From positions 13,764 through 77,763 of the forward strand of contig JAZTXK010000055.1 in assembly GCA_045636385.1 (NCBI GenBank): a stretch of DNA of 64,000 nucleotides. The letters are read 5' to 3'. This document shows positions 16,568-25,467 of the stretch, piece by piece. This DNA is from Eubacteriales bacterium (GTDB lineage: Bacteria; Bacillota; Clostridia; Oscillospirales; CAG-272). Both the position numbers and the translations under genes were made by a program. Each line of letters opens with the position of its first letter. Position 1 is the stretch's first letter. The notes under the pieces are model-generated. The model was given only the letters and a program-made list of their open reading frames with translations. It did no database searches and had not been told where the DNA came from.

Positions 16568-18262
16568 TTAGTCAATAGTCATATCGATCTTGAAGCGCAT
16601 GATCTTACGAAGGGTATTCTTGGGGAAGGGAGTGGTTCTTACCTTGAGAATGCCGATCTTCTTGTAGGGAACTGCGTTTCTGTTGTAGTCGTCGATGAAG
16701 GGCTTGAGGTGAGCCTTGATATCCTCGATTCCGTTTGCCTTGATGTAGTCCTCGTCGGGGAATACCTCTGCAACGATCGCATTCTGCGCAAGACCTCTCT
16801 TGCTCTGACCCTCGTAAACTACGATGTCGAGAATGCCGGGAACTGCGATGAGCTCCTTTTCGATCTCCTCGGGATATACGTTCTTGCCGTTCGAGAGGAT
16901 GATGAGGTTCTTCTTACGGCCGGTGATAAAGAGTGTGCCGTCCTCGCGCTGCTTGCCGTAGTCGCCGGTGCGGAAGAAGCCGTCCTCGGTGAATGCCTCG
17001 GCGGTTGCCTCGGGATCCTGATAGTATCCTAGCATTACGTTGGGACCCTTAACGCAGATCTCGCCCTCGCCGTCCTCGTTGGGCTCAAGGATCTTGATCT
17101 CGTCGCAATCGATGGGATTGCCGATGCTTCCCGCAACTACGTTGCGCGATACGTTTGCCGCAACGATGGGAGCGCACTCGGTGATGCCGTAGCCGTTGAG
17201 AGTGGTGATTCCCATTGCTCTGAAGAAATCGAGGATTTCGGGGTTGATGGGAGCACCGCCCGAGATGATCATCTTGACCTCGCCGCCGAACGCCGCGCGA
17301 ACCTGCGCGAAGATCTTCTTGCGGAGGTCGATGCCGACCTTGCACATACCGTTGCTGATCTTGATCATATTCTTGATAAGCTTTTCCTTGCCCTGATTCT
17401 TGATGTTCGCCCAGATCTTGCGGTAGAATGTCTCAAGGTAGAGGGGAACAAGAACGAGGTGCTCGGGCTTCTGCTCGGCAAGCTCCTTAGTGATGTAGCG
17501 CAGACCGCCCGAAATGTAGATTTCGCAGCCGATGATGGTGTGACCGACGATCATAACGGACGAGCCGTAGGTGTGATGGGGAGGAAGAACTCCGACGGTC
17601 TTCGAACCGAAGTCGATATAAGGAATGATATTGGTCATATCCTCAAGGACTGCGTTCTGCGAGAGCATAACGCCCTTGCCCTTGCCGGTAGTACCCGAGG
17701 TGAAAACGAGGAGCGCGAGAGCGTCGGGATCGATCTCTGCGAGATAGTAGGGGTCGGAGTTTTCGTCAAACTTCGGCTTACCCGCGCGCATTGCCGAGCG
17801 GAGATTGCGCTCGGTGTCCTTTGCCGCAAGGTAGATGGGCTCTGCCTCAAAGTTTACTTTTTCAGCGATGTATTCAGCCTTTTCCTTGATGTCTTCGTCA
17901 CAGAAGAGGAAGGAAGCGTGCGCTTTGGAAACGGTGTCAGCAAGGTCCTCCTTCTGCCATTCGGGATCGAGGGGGACGAGCACGCCGCCTATCGAGAGAA
18001 CTGCGTAGTAGGTGAGTACCCAGTCGTAGGTGAGCTTGCCGATAACGGCGCAGTGCTTGCCCGCGCATCCCATAGCGGAAAGCTCGCAGGCGAGGGAACG
18101 AACGTCCTCGCGGAGGCTCGAGAACTTGATCTTGGTGATCTCGGACTTTGCGGTGCGGCGGAAGGAGAAGGCTGTACGGTCGTAGTGCTTTTCGCCCGCC
18201 CATTCAACGAGCTCACGAATATTCGTGAAGCTGAGTTTTTCGTGAATCTGATACTTGTTCAT
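16568..18262 (-). CDS. AMP-dependent acyl-CoA synthetase (long-chain fatty acid-CoA ligase type)
   Basis: AMP-binding motif LVFTSGTTGKGKGVML, plus GYGITE and TGDYG...GRKKNLI. Confidence 0.9.
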   Translation of the reverse strand: MNKYQIHEKLSFTNIRELVEWAGEKHYDRTAFSFRRTAKSEITKIKFSSLREDVRSLACELSAMGCAGKHCAVIGKLTYDWVLTYYAVLSIGGVLVPLDPEWQKEDLADTVSKAHASFLFCDEDIKEKAEYIAEKVNFEAEPIYLAAKDTERNLRSAMRAGKPKFDENSDPYYLAEIDPDALALLVFTSGTTGKGKGVMLSQNAVLEDMTNIIPYIDFGSKTVGVLPPHHTYGSSVMIVGHTIIGCEIYISGGLRYITKELAEQKPEHLVLVPLYLETFYRKIWANIKNQGKEKLIKNMIKISNGMCKVGIDLRKKIFAQVRAAFGGEVKMIISGGAPINPEILDFFRAMGITTLNGYGITECAPIVAANVSRNVVAGSIGNPIDCDEIKILEPNEDGEGEICVKGPNVMLGYYQDPEATAEAFTEDGFFRTGDYGKQREDGTLFITGRKKNLIILSNGKNVYPEEIEKELIAVPGILDIVVYEGQSKRGLAQNAIVAEVFPDEDYIKANGIEDIKAHLKPFIDDYNRNAVPYKKIGILKVRTTPFPKNTLRKIMRFKIDMTID

Positions 18263-18291
18263 TATAAAAATACCTTTCGGAGATATTGAAT

Positions 18292-18870
18292 TTAGATTTT
18301 AAGTCCTTCAAGCAGGAAGGAGAAGCTGTATTTGAAATCTTCGACTGCCTTTTCCTTCGGCAGACTGCGTGCAACGGCGTCGGCGTTGTAGCCGCGGCAG
18401 AAGCACCATATCGAGTAGGCGAGCGTGTCCTCGTCCACATCCTTTATAAGTTTATGCTCTTTAGCAAAAATTATTAGCTTTTTTATCTCTTCGGTCCACC
18501 AGGAGCGATTGAGCTCGCCGAGCGAATCTTCTTCAAAGATGTACTGATTGAAATTCATCTTGACCTCGTAGGAAACGAGGAGCGAACGGCTGACGACGTC
18601 TTTGACGTATTCAAAAAAATCATCTTCAATATTGATCGGGGATTCTAGAGCCGAGTGGATCTTGACTATCGTATTGCGGTAAACGATGTCGAGCACGGTT
18701 TCGATATTCGGAAAACGGTTATAGAAAACGCGGTTCGAGATATCGAGCTTGCGGAGTATCTGCGTAACGGTCAGCGTAGCCGCACCGCCCGCCATGGCGA
18801 TCTCCTCGACAGCGTCGATGATTTTTTGCGACATCGTGTCTTTGATAAGGCTATCTTTAGCCTCGGGCAT
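18292..18870 (-). CDS. TetR/AcrR family transcriptional regulator
   Basis: HTH region ATLTVTQILRKLDISNRVFYNRFPN. Start set at MPEAKD (ATG complement 18868-18870) behind AGAGGTGA. Confidence 0.85.
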   Translation of the reverse strand: MPEAKDSLIKDTMSQKIIDAVEEIAMAGGAATLTVTQILRKLDISNRVFYNRFPNIETVLDIVYRNTIVKIHSALESPINIEDDFFEYVKDVVSRSLLVSYEVKMNFNQYIFEEDSLGELNRSWWTEEIKKLIIFAKEHKLIKDVDEDTLAYSIWCFCRGYNADAVARSLPKEKAVEDFKYSFSFLLEGLKI

Positions 18871-18886
18871 AGTATCACCTCTTTCG

Positions 18887-18932
18887 GCACACATTGTGCT
18901 GATATTATAGCACACATTGTGCCGAGAGTCAA
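18887..18932 (-). promoter_or_regulatory. tetR promoter with two copies of a 13-bp palindrome (candidate TetR operators)
   Basis: GCACA-CAT-TGTGC at 18887-18899 and 18910-18922. On the minus strand, TTGACT (18932-18927), 17-nt spacer, TATAAT (18909-18904). Confidence 0.7.
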
Positions 18933-19052
18933 TAGGTGTATCGAATTGTTTACTAATCGTTAAAATGTAAACAAATATTGAAAAGTTCCGAGATGATGAA
19001 AATAATTGGCGGAAAAATCGTTTAATGGTCAGAAGGATCGGAGGTGAGCCTG

Positions 19053-19373
19053 ATGAACAAACAAGAAAGAATAAGACTTTTGATCGGCACGCTTGTGATG
19101 GCTGCAGTTTTCCTCGCGGTCGCGGCGATCGGCTGGACGCAGAACGAGTTTGTGATAAACTACTTTTACGGCTTTGACGGCAAATACGAGACTCACACCG
19201 TCAAAAAGGGATATCAACGAAAGCCGCTCGAACCCGGGCGTTACGGTTATGTTTTCGACGGTTGGTATTATCTCGATAAGCAAGGAAACGAAGTTCTTTT
19301 CGATTTCGAGACCGAGCGCGTGACAAGAAATCTTGAACTTACTGCGCATTGGAAACCATATGAGACCGAAATA
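19053..19373. repeat. Duplicated 5' gene module, copy A (partner 23855-24175)
   Basis: Encoded 107 aa are identical at 92 positions to the copy B product by my count. The DNA is clearly alignable without gaps. Confidence 0.85.
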
Positions 19374-20144
19374 AGGCTTTATTATCATGTATTCGAAGAT
19401 TATGTATTCGAAGAGACTGTCCATTTGGATCCTGTTATAGTAAAGTACGGCGAAGAATATGATTTGCCAACCGTTGATCTTGATGGACTTTATTTTGCTG
19501 GATGGCAATCACTTTATGGAAATAAGATATATACTTCGGGAGTTTGGGAACTCCCGGTTGCTGAATTTGGATTGCGCGGTCGCTTCAGCAAATTCAAACC
19601 GGGAACTACGTATTTCCTTGGAGAGTATGAGCAAGATAATTATCGAGAAAACGGTAAAGAAAAGATAGAATGGATACCTATAGATAAACAAGACGGTAAA
19701 TACCTTCTTGTTTCTAAGTATTCGCTTGATGCAGTATCTTTGCATAATGAAAACAAAAGGCTCGCTTATATTCCGTGGGCAGAATGCAGTTTGCGTGAAT
19801 GGCTTAATACAGAGTTCTATGCTTCTGTGTTTACTGATGAGGAAAAGCTACTTATACAAGATTCATACGACGCGGAACTCGGGACAACCGATAAAGTATT
19901 CTTGCTATCACGCGATGATGCAGAGCTTTTGATAGGATTTGACGAATACGGTGCCGGAACCGCATATGCATTGTCTGCAGGTCTTAAGTCGACAAACTTT
20001 ATGTCAGATGGATATTCCAAGTGGCTTACTCGCTCATGTGATAATGATAGTAATTGGGATACATCAGGAACTGTTTCTCCCAGATCAATTCTTGGACTTC
20101 GCCCTGCAATTTGGGTTGATGCCGAAAAACTTTTGAAAAAATAA
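19053..20144 (+). CDS. Membrane-anchored surface protein A: Listeria-Bacteroides-type repeat(s) plus DUF6273-like C-terminal domain
   Basis: TM anchor LLIGTLVMAAVFLAVAAIGW; GYVFDGWYY...LTAHWKP repeat; C-terminal EWIPID..GKYLLVSKY...LREWLN...DKVFLLSRDD...RPAIWVD. ATG 19053 lies 8 nt after GGAGG. Confidence 0.65.
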   Translation: MNKQERIRLLIGTLVMAAVFLAVAAIGWTQNEFVINYFYGFDGKYETHTVKKGYQRKPLEPGRYGYVFDGWYYLDKQGNEVLFDFETERVTRNLELTAHWKPYETEIRLYYHVFEDYVFEETVHLDPVIVKYGEEYDLPTVDLDGLYFAGWQSLYGNKIYTSGVWELPVAEFGLRGRFSKFKPGTTYFLGEYEQDNYRENGKEKIEWIPIDKQDGKYLLVSKYSLDAVSLHNENKRLAYIPWAECSLREWLNTEFYASVFTDEEKLLIQDSYDAELGTTDKVFLLSRDDAELLIGFDEYGAGTAYALSAGLKSTNFMSDGYSKWLTRSCDNDSNWDTSGTVSPRSILGLRPAIWVDAEKLLKK

Positions 20145-20160
20145 AAAGGAGGACATAAAA

Positions 20161-21369
20161 ATGTTCAAAGCTACTATAACCGCGATGCAGAGAGGCATCA
20201 TTATTCTCCTCACACTCCTGCTCTGTCTGCCGCTTGCGGCGTGTACGAAGGAGCCGCCCGCGCCCGCGATACATACGACGAGCGTATTGCGCTCGGGGTC
20301 GACAAGTATGTTCGAATACGGCAATTTCGTTTATTTTTCGCGCGGAGAGATATTCAGATACAATACCGTGACAGGCGAGCTGACAAGTGCTTGTCTTGAT
20401 GCCGAATGTGACGGAAAGTGCCCGCTTCACGGCGGTATGACGCGAATAGGTATGATCGAGGACGGAAAGATGTATTTTTACTCATTTGCCGCGTTCACGC
20501 ACGAGATCAATTTAGGCTATCAGGATCTGATCTCGGGCAGAGTAACTGTTCTTGAGACGCTCAGCCAATACGAGATGACGAATGATCTGACCTTTGTCAA
20601 TAACGGATATTTCTACTATTACGCCGGTATTTTGAAGGACGGCGGCGATGAGAAAAATTATGAGGATTACGAATCCCGCCTCTGCCGTATTCCCGTGACG
20701 GGCGGTGAACGCGAGGTGCTTGAAACTCCGAAGGGTTATCCGCTGTTCATAATTGACGGTAAGCTCATTTTGAACGGAAGCACGGTTTCTGTTTATGACC
20801 TTGATACCAAGCTTGAAAAGGTCGTGTGGAACTATTCCGCGGACGGATTCACCAACGTGGGGGATGTTTCGTACGTCGGCGGAAGGCTTTATATGATTGC
20901 TAAAGTTCCCGCGGGGAACGCGGAAACGGTTTTTGACCAATACAAGAAGGTGGAATATGCGAAAAATACCTTCCTCGTTTCGGTCGATATTTCGACGGGC
21001 GAGTGGTCGAAGGTCACGGAGGAGCCCGTGGAATCATATACTCTGACCGATGACAGAGTGTATTATTTCCCGAGCGAGGTGCGCCATCTCTACGTTCCCG
21101 AGAACTATGAAAAGCGGCTTGAAGATATCTGTGTTTCATTCATCGGCGCAACGCTTTATTCGAGAAAGCTTGACGGTAGCGATCCGAGGAACGAATACAC
21201 TAACAAAAACTTCTATACCTGCTACGATTATACAGTTATCGACGGCAAACTTTACGGTATCGTCAGCTTTTTTGACGAAGCCAAGAAAAAAAGTTCTGAT
21301 TCGGGCTTTGCAGCCATTGACCTTGTAAACGGTACGGTCATCGGCACTTATGACGTGAGAAGAAAATGA
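20161..21369 (+). CDS. Lipoprotein, probable beta-propeller (DUF5050-like)
   Basis: LLLCLPLAAC lipobox; recurring blade-like G-x-hydrophobic-Y-hydrophobic segments (GNFVYFS, DGKMYFYS, NGYFYYY, GGRLYMI, DDRVYYF, DGKLYGI). Confidence 0.5.
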   Translation: MFKATITAMQRGIIILLTLLLCLPLAACTKEPPAPAIHTTSVLRSGSTSMFEYGNFVYFSRGEIFRYNTVTGELTSACLDAECDGKCPLHGGMTRIGMIEDGKMYFYSFAAFTHEINLGYQDLISGRVTVLETLSQYEMTNDLTFVNNGYFYYYAGILKDGGDEKNYEDYESRLCRIPVTGGEREVLETPKGYPLFIIDGKLILNGSTVSVYDLDTKLEKVVWNYSADGFTNVGDVSYVGGRLYMIAKVPAGNAETVFDQYKKVEYAKNTFLVSVDISTGEWSKVTEEPVESYTLTDDRVYYFPSEVRHLYVPENYEKRLEDICVSFIGATLYSRKLDGSDPRNEYTNKNFYTCYDYTVIDGKLYGIVSFFDEAKKKSSDSGFAAIDLVNGTVIGTYDVRRK

Positions 21370-23663
21370 GACTTTACCTATGCGAGCTGTATAAGCTTGT
21401 ATCCGTGCGGGCGATTGCGGTGCTGTTGGTAATACTTTTGGCGGCGAATTTTGCTCTGACTTGTATTACCTCGCGCCCTCCCGCCGTCGAGATCGCGGCA
21501 AGGAAAGTATATTCGCTTTATCTTGACGATCCCGAGTCATTGAGGGAATATAGGGAACAGCTTGAAGCGGATTTTTTTCTGCATCTGCGCGATGATGAAT
21601 TTGAGGTGCCGTCCACATATATTGACGGCGCGGACGATATGTCGGTGCTCAACAAGGTTATTGAGCGCGCGGAATATATTGCGAGTTACCGTGAAGATAC
21701 CGAAAAGCTTGCCGCAAACGCAGAAAAACGCGCACGGGAGCTCGGTTATTTCGGATATTCCGAGGAGAGCTTGTACGTCCGCGAACAGCTTGAGCTTGCG
21801 CATGTCTACGGCGATCTCGCATCCGTCCTTGACGGAGAGAGCCAGTACGCCTATGGCTATGACGCATATTTTGAAAACTCGCACGTTTGCTTTTTCGTGA
21901 TGATATGGCTGATGCTTGCCGTTTCCTTTATCTTCCGTAACGATGGCGTTTGCGGCTTCGGAAGCATTATGCGGACGGTGAAGCGCGGTCGGCTTGAATC
22001 TGCCTTGGCGAAGCTCGCGGTGACGGTTACCGTTTCGGTTGTAGCCACGCTTCTGTTTCTCGCAACGACGCTTCTTGCCGTCGGTATATCGGGGGGCGGA
22101 TTTTCATCCGCAGCTGCGCCGATTCAGCTTTTGCCTGATTACGCAAAAGTTCCCCTGAATGTGTCGGTTCTCGGTTATCTTGTTATTCAAACGGTATTCA
22201 GACTTCTCGCCGCGGCGGTTTTTGCGGTTTTTGCCGCGCTTATCGCCTCGCTCGGATTCAATTACGTTTTCTGCTTCGGCTTCGGCGCGGTCTTCGCCGC
22301 CGCGAATTACTTCCTTTTTGCGCGTAGGTACGTTGGTACCGTGCCGCCGATCAAGTACCTCAATATCGCATCCGCGGCAGAAGGCGTTGAGCTCTTTTCT
22401 TTTCACAGAGCTATCGATCTTTTCGGGGGAAATGTAGCCTATCCCGTTGCGTTCGCAGTAATTTCCGCGGTGACTTTCATTCTGCTTGCGGTGCTTTGTG
22501 CATTTTTCTATTGTAAGAATTTAAGAGTACCGAAGGCGGTATTTGTTAAAAGATCCGTGCGTTCATCGGGCAAAAAGAAAGTAAAGGTCGAGCTGCGTGA
22601 ATTCCCGTTGCTTCCGCTATGGGCTTACGAGCTGAGAAAAAACAGATTTATTCCGCTTTCTCTGCTTGCACTTGCGTTGCTTTTGGTGAATTGCGGATTC
22701 GTTCGGGCATCCGTTGGAGACGGCAAGATCTACGGCGAGGCGATCTACTACGGCTATATTTCGGACATCAAGGAGCTGTCTCCCGAGCAAAGGAGAGCGT
22801 ATCTCGCCGAGGAGCGTGCATCGCTTGAAGCAGTATTTGAAGAATATGCGTCTATCACCGAAGCCTTTGAGGCGGGTGGGATCGTATATGAGGAATACAG
22901 CGCGTTTTTGCAGGAATATTACTCCGCCCGCGACCGCGAGAGAGTGCTTGGCGACGTGGAGAAATACTCCGATTACGTTGACCGCAAGGGCTGTGAGATC
23001 ATTTACAGTACGGGCTACGAACGGTTCTTTTCTCTTGGAACCGATTGGTTCCTGTTCGCGGTGTTGGTCTTTCTTCCGATAGGAATTTTCACACTCGAAT
23101 ACCGTTCGGGTAACTGCGCGCAGATTATCAAAACGGCTAAAAAGGGAAGAAGAGAGACATTTTTCTCAAAGCTTTTGCCATACTGTGCCCTCGGCGCGCT
23201 TTTGGGCGGGATTTTTCGCGGTGCGGGAATGATCGTTACGGCAATGAGCTACGAGCTGTCGGACTTTCACGCTTCGCTGTGCGCGATCCGTAATTTTGAA
23301 TCGGTTCCCGTCGGCATTACCATAGGCGAATATCTGATCGCGGATATTATTTGCTCAAGCCTTGCGGGGATGATGACGGCGGGTGCGGTGTGTCTGATCT
23401 CGTGCCTTTTGAAAAAGACCTTGCATTGTCTCGGTGCGGTGGGAATTCTCCTTGCCCTGCCCGCGCTTTTGAGCGACAGCGGATTTGCGCTCGTTAATTT
23501 GAACGCACCCGACTCTGTCTTCAATACCTTGTGTAAGCGCGGCGCGTCGGCTTTTCCGATGCTTTTGGTATTTCATATTGTTTTACTGTCAATCTTTACG
23601 TTGTTCTCGTACTCGATTTATGCGGGCAACAAAATTCCCGGAAAGGAGAAGCGTTATGGATAA
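21366..23663 (+). CDS. Large polytopic membrane protein: tandem fusion of two ABC-2-type permease-like modules
   Basis: Each half begins with an ELYKL/YELRKN-type helix followed by a soluble helical insert. Each then has a multi-TM bundle preceded by an RNDG..G..MRTVKRGR or EYRSG...KTAKKGRR motif. ATGA overlap with the upstream gene. Confidence 0.55.
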   Translation: MRLYLCELYKLVSVRAIAVLLVILLAANFALTCITSRPPAVEIAARKVYSLYLDDPESLREYREQLEADFFLHLRDDEFEVPSTYIDGADDMSVLNKVIERAEYIASYREDTEKLAANAEKRARELGYFGYSEESLYVREQLELAHVYGDLASVLDGESQYAYGYDAYFENSHVCFFVMIWLMLAVSFIFRNDGVCGFGSIMRTVKRGRLESALAKLAVTVTVSVVATLLFLATTLLAVGISGGGFSSAAAPIQLLPDYAKVPLNVSVLGYLVIQTVFRLLAAAVFAVFAALIASLGFNYVFCFGFGAVFAAANYFLFARRYVGTVPPIKYLNIASAAEGVELFSFHRAIDLFGGNVAYPVAFAVISAVTFILLAVLCAFFYCKNLRVPKAVFVKRSVRSSGKKKVKVELREFPLLPLWAYELRKNRFIPLSLLALALLLVNCGFVRASVGDGKIYGEAIYYGYISDIKELSPEQRRAYLAEERASLEAVFEEYASITEAFEAGGIVYEEYSAFLQEYYSARDRERVLGDVEKYSDYVDRKGCEIIYSTGYERFFSLGTDWFLFAVLVFLPIGIFTLEYRSGNCAQIIKTAKKGRRETFFSKLLPYCALGALLGGIFRGAGMIVTAMSYELSDFHASLCAIRNFESVPVGITIGEYLIADIICSSLAGMMTAGAVCLISCLLKKTLHCLGAVGILLALPALLSDSGFALVNLNAPDSVFNTLCKRGASAFPMLLVFHIVLLSIFTLFSYSIYAGNKIPGKEKRYG

Positions 23664-23862
23664 CAAATCAAACGTACTTCGGCTTATCGGAAATATTCTC
23701 GATTCCGAGATCTCATCCGGCGTGACACCGGATATGGAATTTATACGCAAAAGCGTTTCGACGATCGAGGAGCATTTCCCTCAGCTGTCTAAGGATGAAC
23801 TCGAAGCTATCCTCAAAGAAATTCTTGAAGATAAACGGGGAGATGGGTGCAGCCATGACTAA
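23656..23862 (+). CDS. Small acidic hypothetical protein (68 aa)
   Basis: MDNKSNVLRLIGNILDSE... behind GGAAAGGAGAA. It overlaps both neighbouring genes by 8 nt. Confidence 0.5.
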   Translation: MDNKSNVLRLIGNILDSEISSGVTPDMEFIRKSVSTIEEHFPQLSKDELEAILKEILEDKRGDGCSHD

Positions 23863-24175
23863 AAAGGAAAGAAAAAGACTTCTTATCGGTACGCTTATTA
23901 TGGCTTTGGTCTTCTTTTCCGTTGCTATGATCGGCTGGACGCAGAATGAGTTTGTGATAAACTACTTTTACGGCTTTGACGGAAAATATGAGACCGTCAT
24001 AGTCAAAAAGGGATATCAGAAAAAGCCGCTCGAGCCGGGGCGGTACGGGCACGTTTTTGACGGTTGGTATTATCTCGATAAGCAGGGGAATGAGGTTCTG
24101 TTTGATTTTGAATCCGAGCGCGTGACGAGGAATCTTGATCTGACTGCGCATTGGAAGCCCTTCGAGACCGAAATA
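23855..24175. repeat. Duplicated 5' gene module, copy B
   Basis: See 19053-19373. Confidence 0.85.
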
Positions 24176-24976
24176 CTGTTCATCCTTCCCGACGGTCACG
24201 GCGAATGTGAAGTTGAGAGTATGATGGTAGCGTACGGCTCGGAATATACTCTGCCCGAAGCCGAGCGAAAAGGATATTATTTTGTCGGCTGGGAGTTCTT
24301 GACGGGAGTTTTTATTACCGACGGCGTATGGAACAATCCCAAAGCCACCGTTGCGCTCTATGCCCGTTGGAGCGAATTTAAGCCGGGGCAGACCTATTTT
24401 CTCGGTCAATATGAGCAGAATAGGCCGATATACGATAAAGGAGAGTTGATTGGCTGGGAGACGGAGCCGCTTGAGTGGATTCCGATTGAGGAAGAGGACG
24501 GTAAATATCTTATGGTGACTAAATACATCATCGACGCCAAGGCTCTTGATTCGGAAAAAGTATACAAAAGCTGGGCTGATTGTGAGCTCCGCGAGTGGCT
24601 CAACGGTGAATTCATCAATAAGGCCTTCAGCGAGGAAGAGAGGTCTATGCTCTGTGGATACTACGATGAAAAGCTCGGCACGACGGATAAGGTGTTTTTG
24701 CTTTCTCGTCAGGAGGTAAGATCCATAATCGGAAGCGACAGATTCGGCTCCGGAACGAAGTACGCCAAGCATATGGGATGCGAGAATCCAAGTTCGGTTT
24801 CAATTATAAGCCATAACGGCGAAACTTATTATTGCTACGGCTGGACACTGCGTTCATTCGAGAACTACCGTAATTATTATATCTGCGGCGGTTCTGAAGG
24901 GACTTTGAGAGCTCATCAGGTCTACGGCATGCGCCCTGCGATATGGGTGGACGCATCAAAGCTTGGGGGAAGATAA
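23855..24976 (+). CDS. Membrane-anchored surface protein B (paralog of 19053-20144)
   Basis: MTKKERKRLLIGTLIMALVFFSVAMIGW...; same repeat and DUF6273-like C-terminus (LEWIPIEEEDGKYLMVTKY...LREWLN...DKVFLLSRQE...RPAIWVD). Confidence 0.65.
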   Translation: MTKKERKRLLIGTLIMALVFFSVAMIGWTQNEFVINYFYGFDGKYETVIVKKGYQKKPLEPGRYGHVFDGWYYLDKQGNEVLFDFESERVTRNLDLTAHWKPFETEILFILPDGHGECEVESMMVAYGSEYTLPEAERKGYYFVGWEFLTGVFITDGVWNNPKATVALYARWSEFKPGQTYFLGQYEQNRPIYDKGELIGWETEPLEWIPIEEEDGKYLMVTKYIIDAKALDSEKVYKSWADCELREWLNGEFINKAFSEEERSMLCGYYDEKLGTTDKVFLLSRQEVRSIIGSDRFGSGTKYAKHMGCENPSSVSIISHNGETYYCYGWTLRSFENYRNYYICGGSEGTLRAHQVYGMRPAIWVDASKLGGR

Positions 24977-24983
24977 TAAGAAA

Positions 24984-25018
24984 AGAGCATTGTCTGTTTT
25001 ATCGACAATGCTCTTTTT
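24984..25018 (+). terminator. Intrinsic terminator ending the 19053-24976 operon
   Basis: AGAGCATTGTC / GACAATGCTCT stem followed by TTTTT. Confidence 0.85.
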
Positions 25019-25050
25019 GATGAAAAAATAAAAAATATTCCAAATAGCTA

Positions 25051-25079
25051 TTGACAAACCGCATTTTGTGTTGTATAAT
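25051..25079 (+). promoter_or_regulatory. padR-module promoter
   Basis: TTGACA (25051-25056), 17-nt spacer, TATAAT (25074-25079). Confidence 0.75.
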
Positions 25080-25133
25080 AATGCATAGATAATCGAGGCA
25101 TCGAAAATCAATGCATTGATAATGGAGGGTAAA

Positions 25134-25466
25134 ATGAAAATCAGCAAAGAATTATTGAAGGGAACGACCGGTCTTGTCGTTCTCAGCGTTATTGCCGAGC
25201 AGGATATGTACGGATATCAGATCACACAGACTGTTAAGGCACGTTCGGATTCCGCGCTCGTGCTCAATGAGGGAACACTTTATCCTATTCTTCATTCGTT
25301 TGAGAAGAGCGGATATCTGACTTCCTACAAAAACGGCGCAGAGGGAGGACGTGAACGCAAGTATTATAAGATCACAACTGCGGGAAAGCTTTTTCTGCAA
25401 ACGCACCTTGAGGAATGGAGCTATTTTACTTCCGTCGTGAACAAGGTGCTTGCGGGGGAAAACTGA
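25134..25466 (+). CDS. PadR family transcriptional regulator
   Basis: LLKGTTGLVVLSVIAEQDMYGYQI...LNEGTLYPILHSFEKSGYL...RKYYKITTAGK; ATG at 25134 behind GGAGGG. Confidence 0.9.
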   Translation: MKISKELLKGTTGLVVLSVIAEQDMYGYQITQTVKARSDSALVLNEGTLYPILHSFEKSGYLTSYKNGAEGGRERKYYKITTAGKLFLQTHLEEWSYFTSVVNKVLAGEN

Positions 25467-25467
25467 T

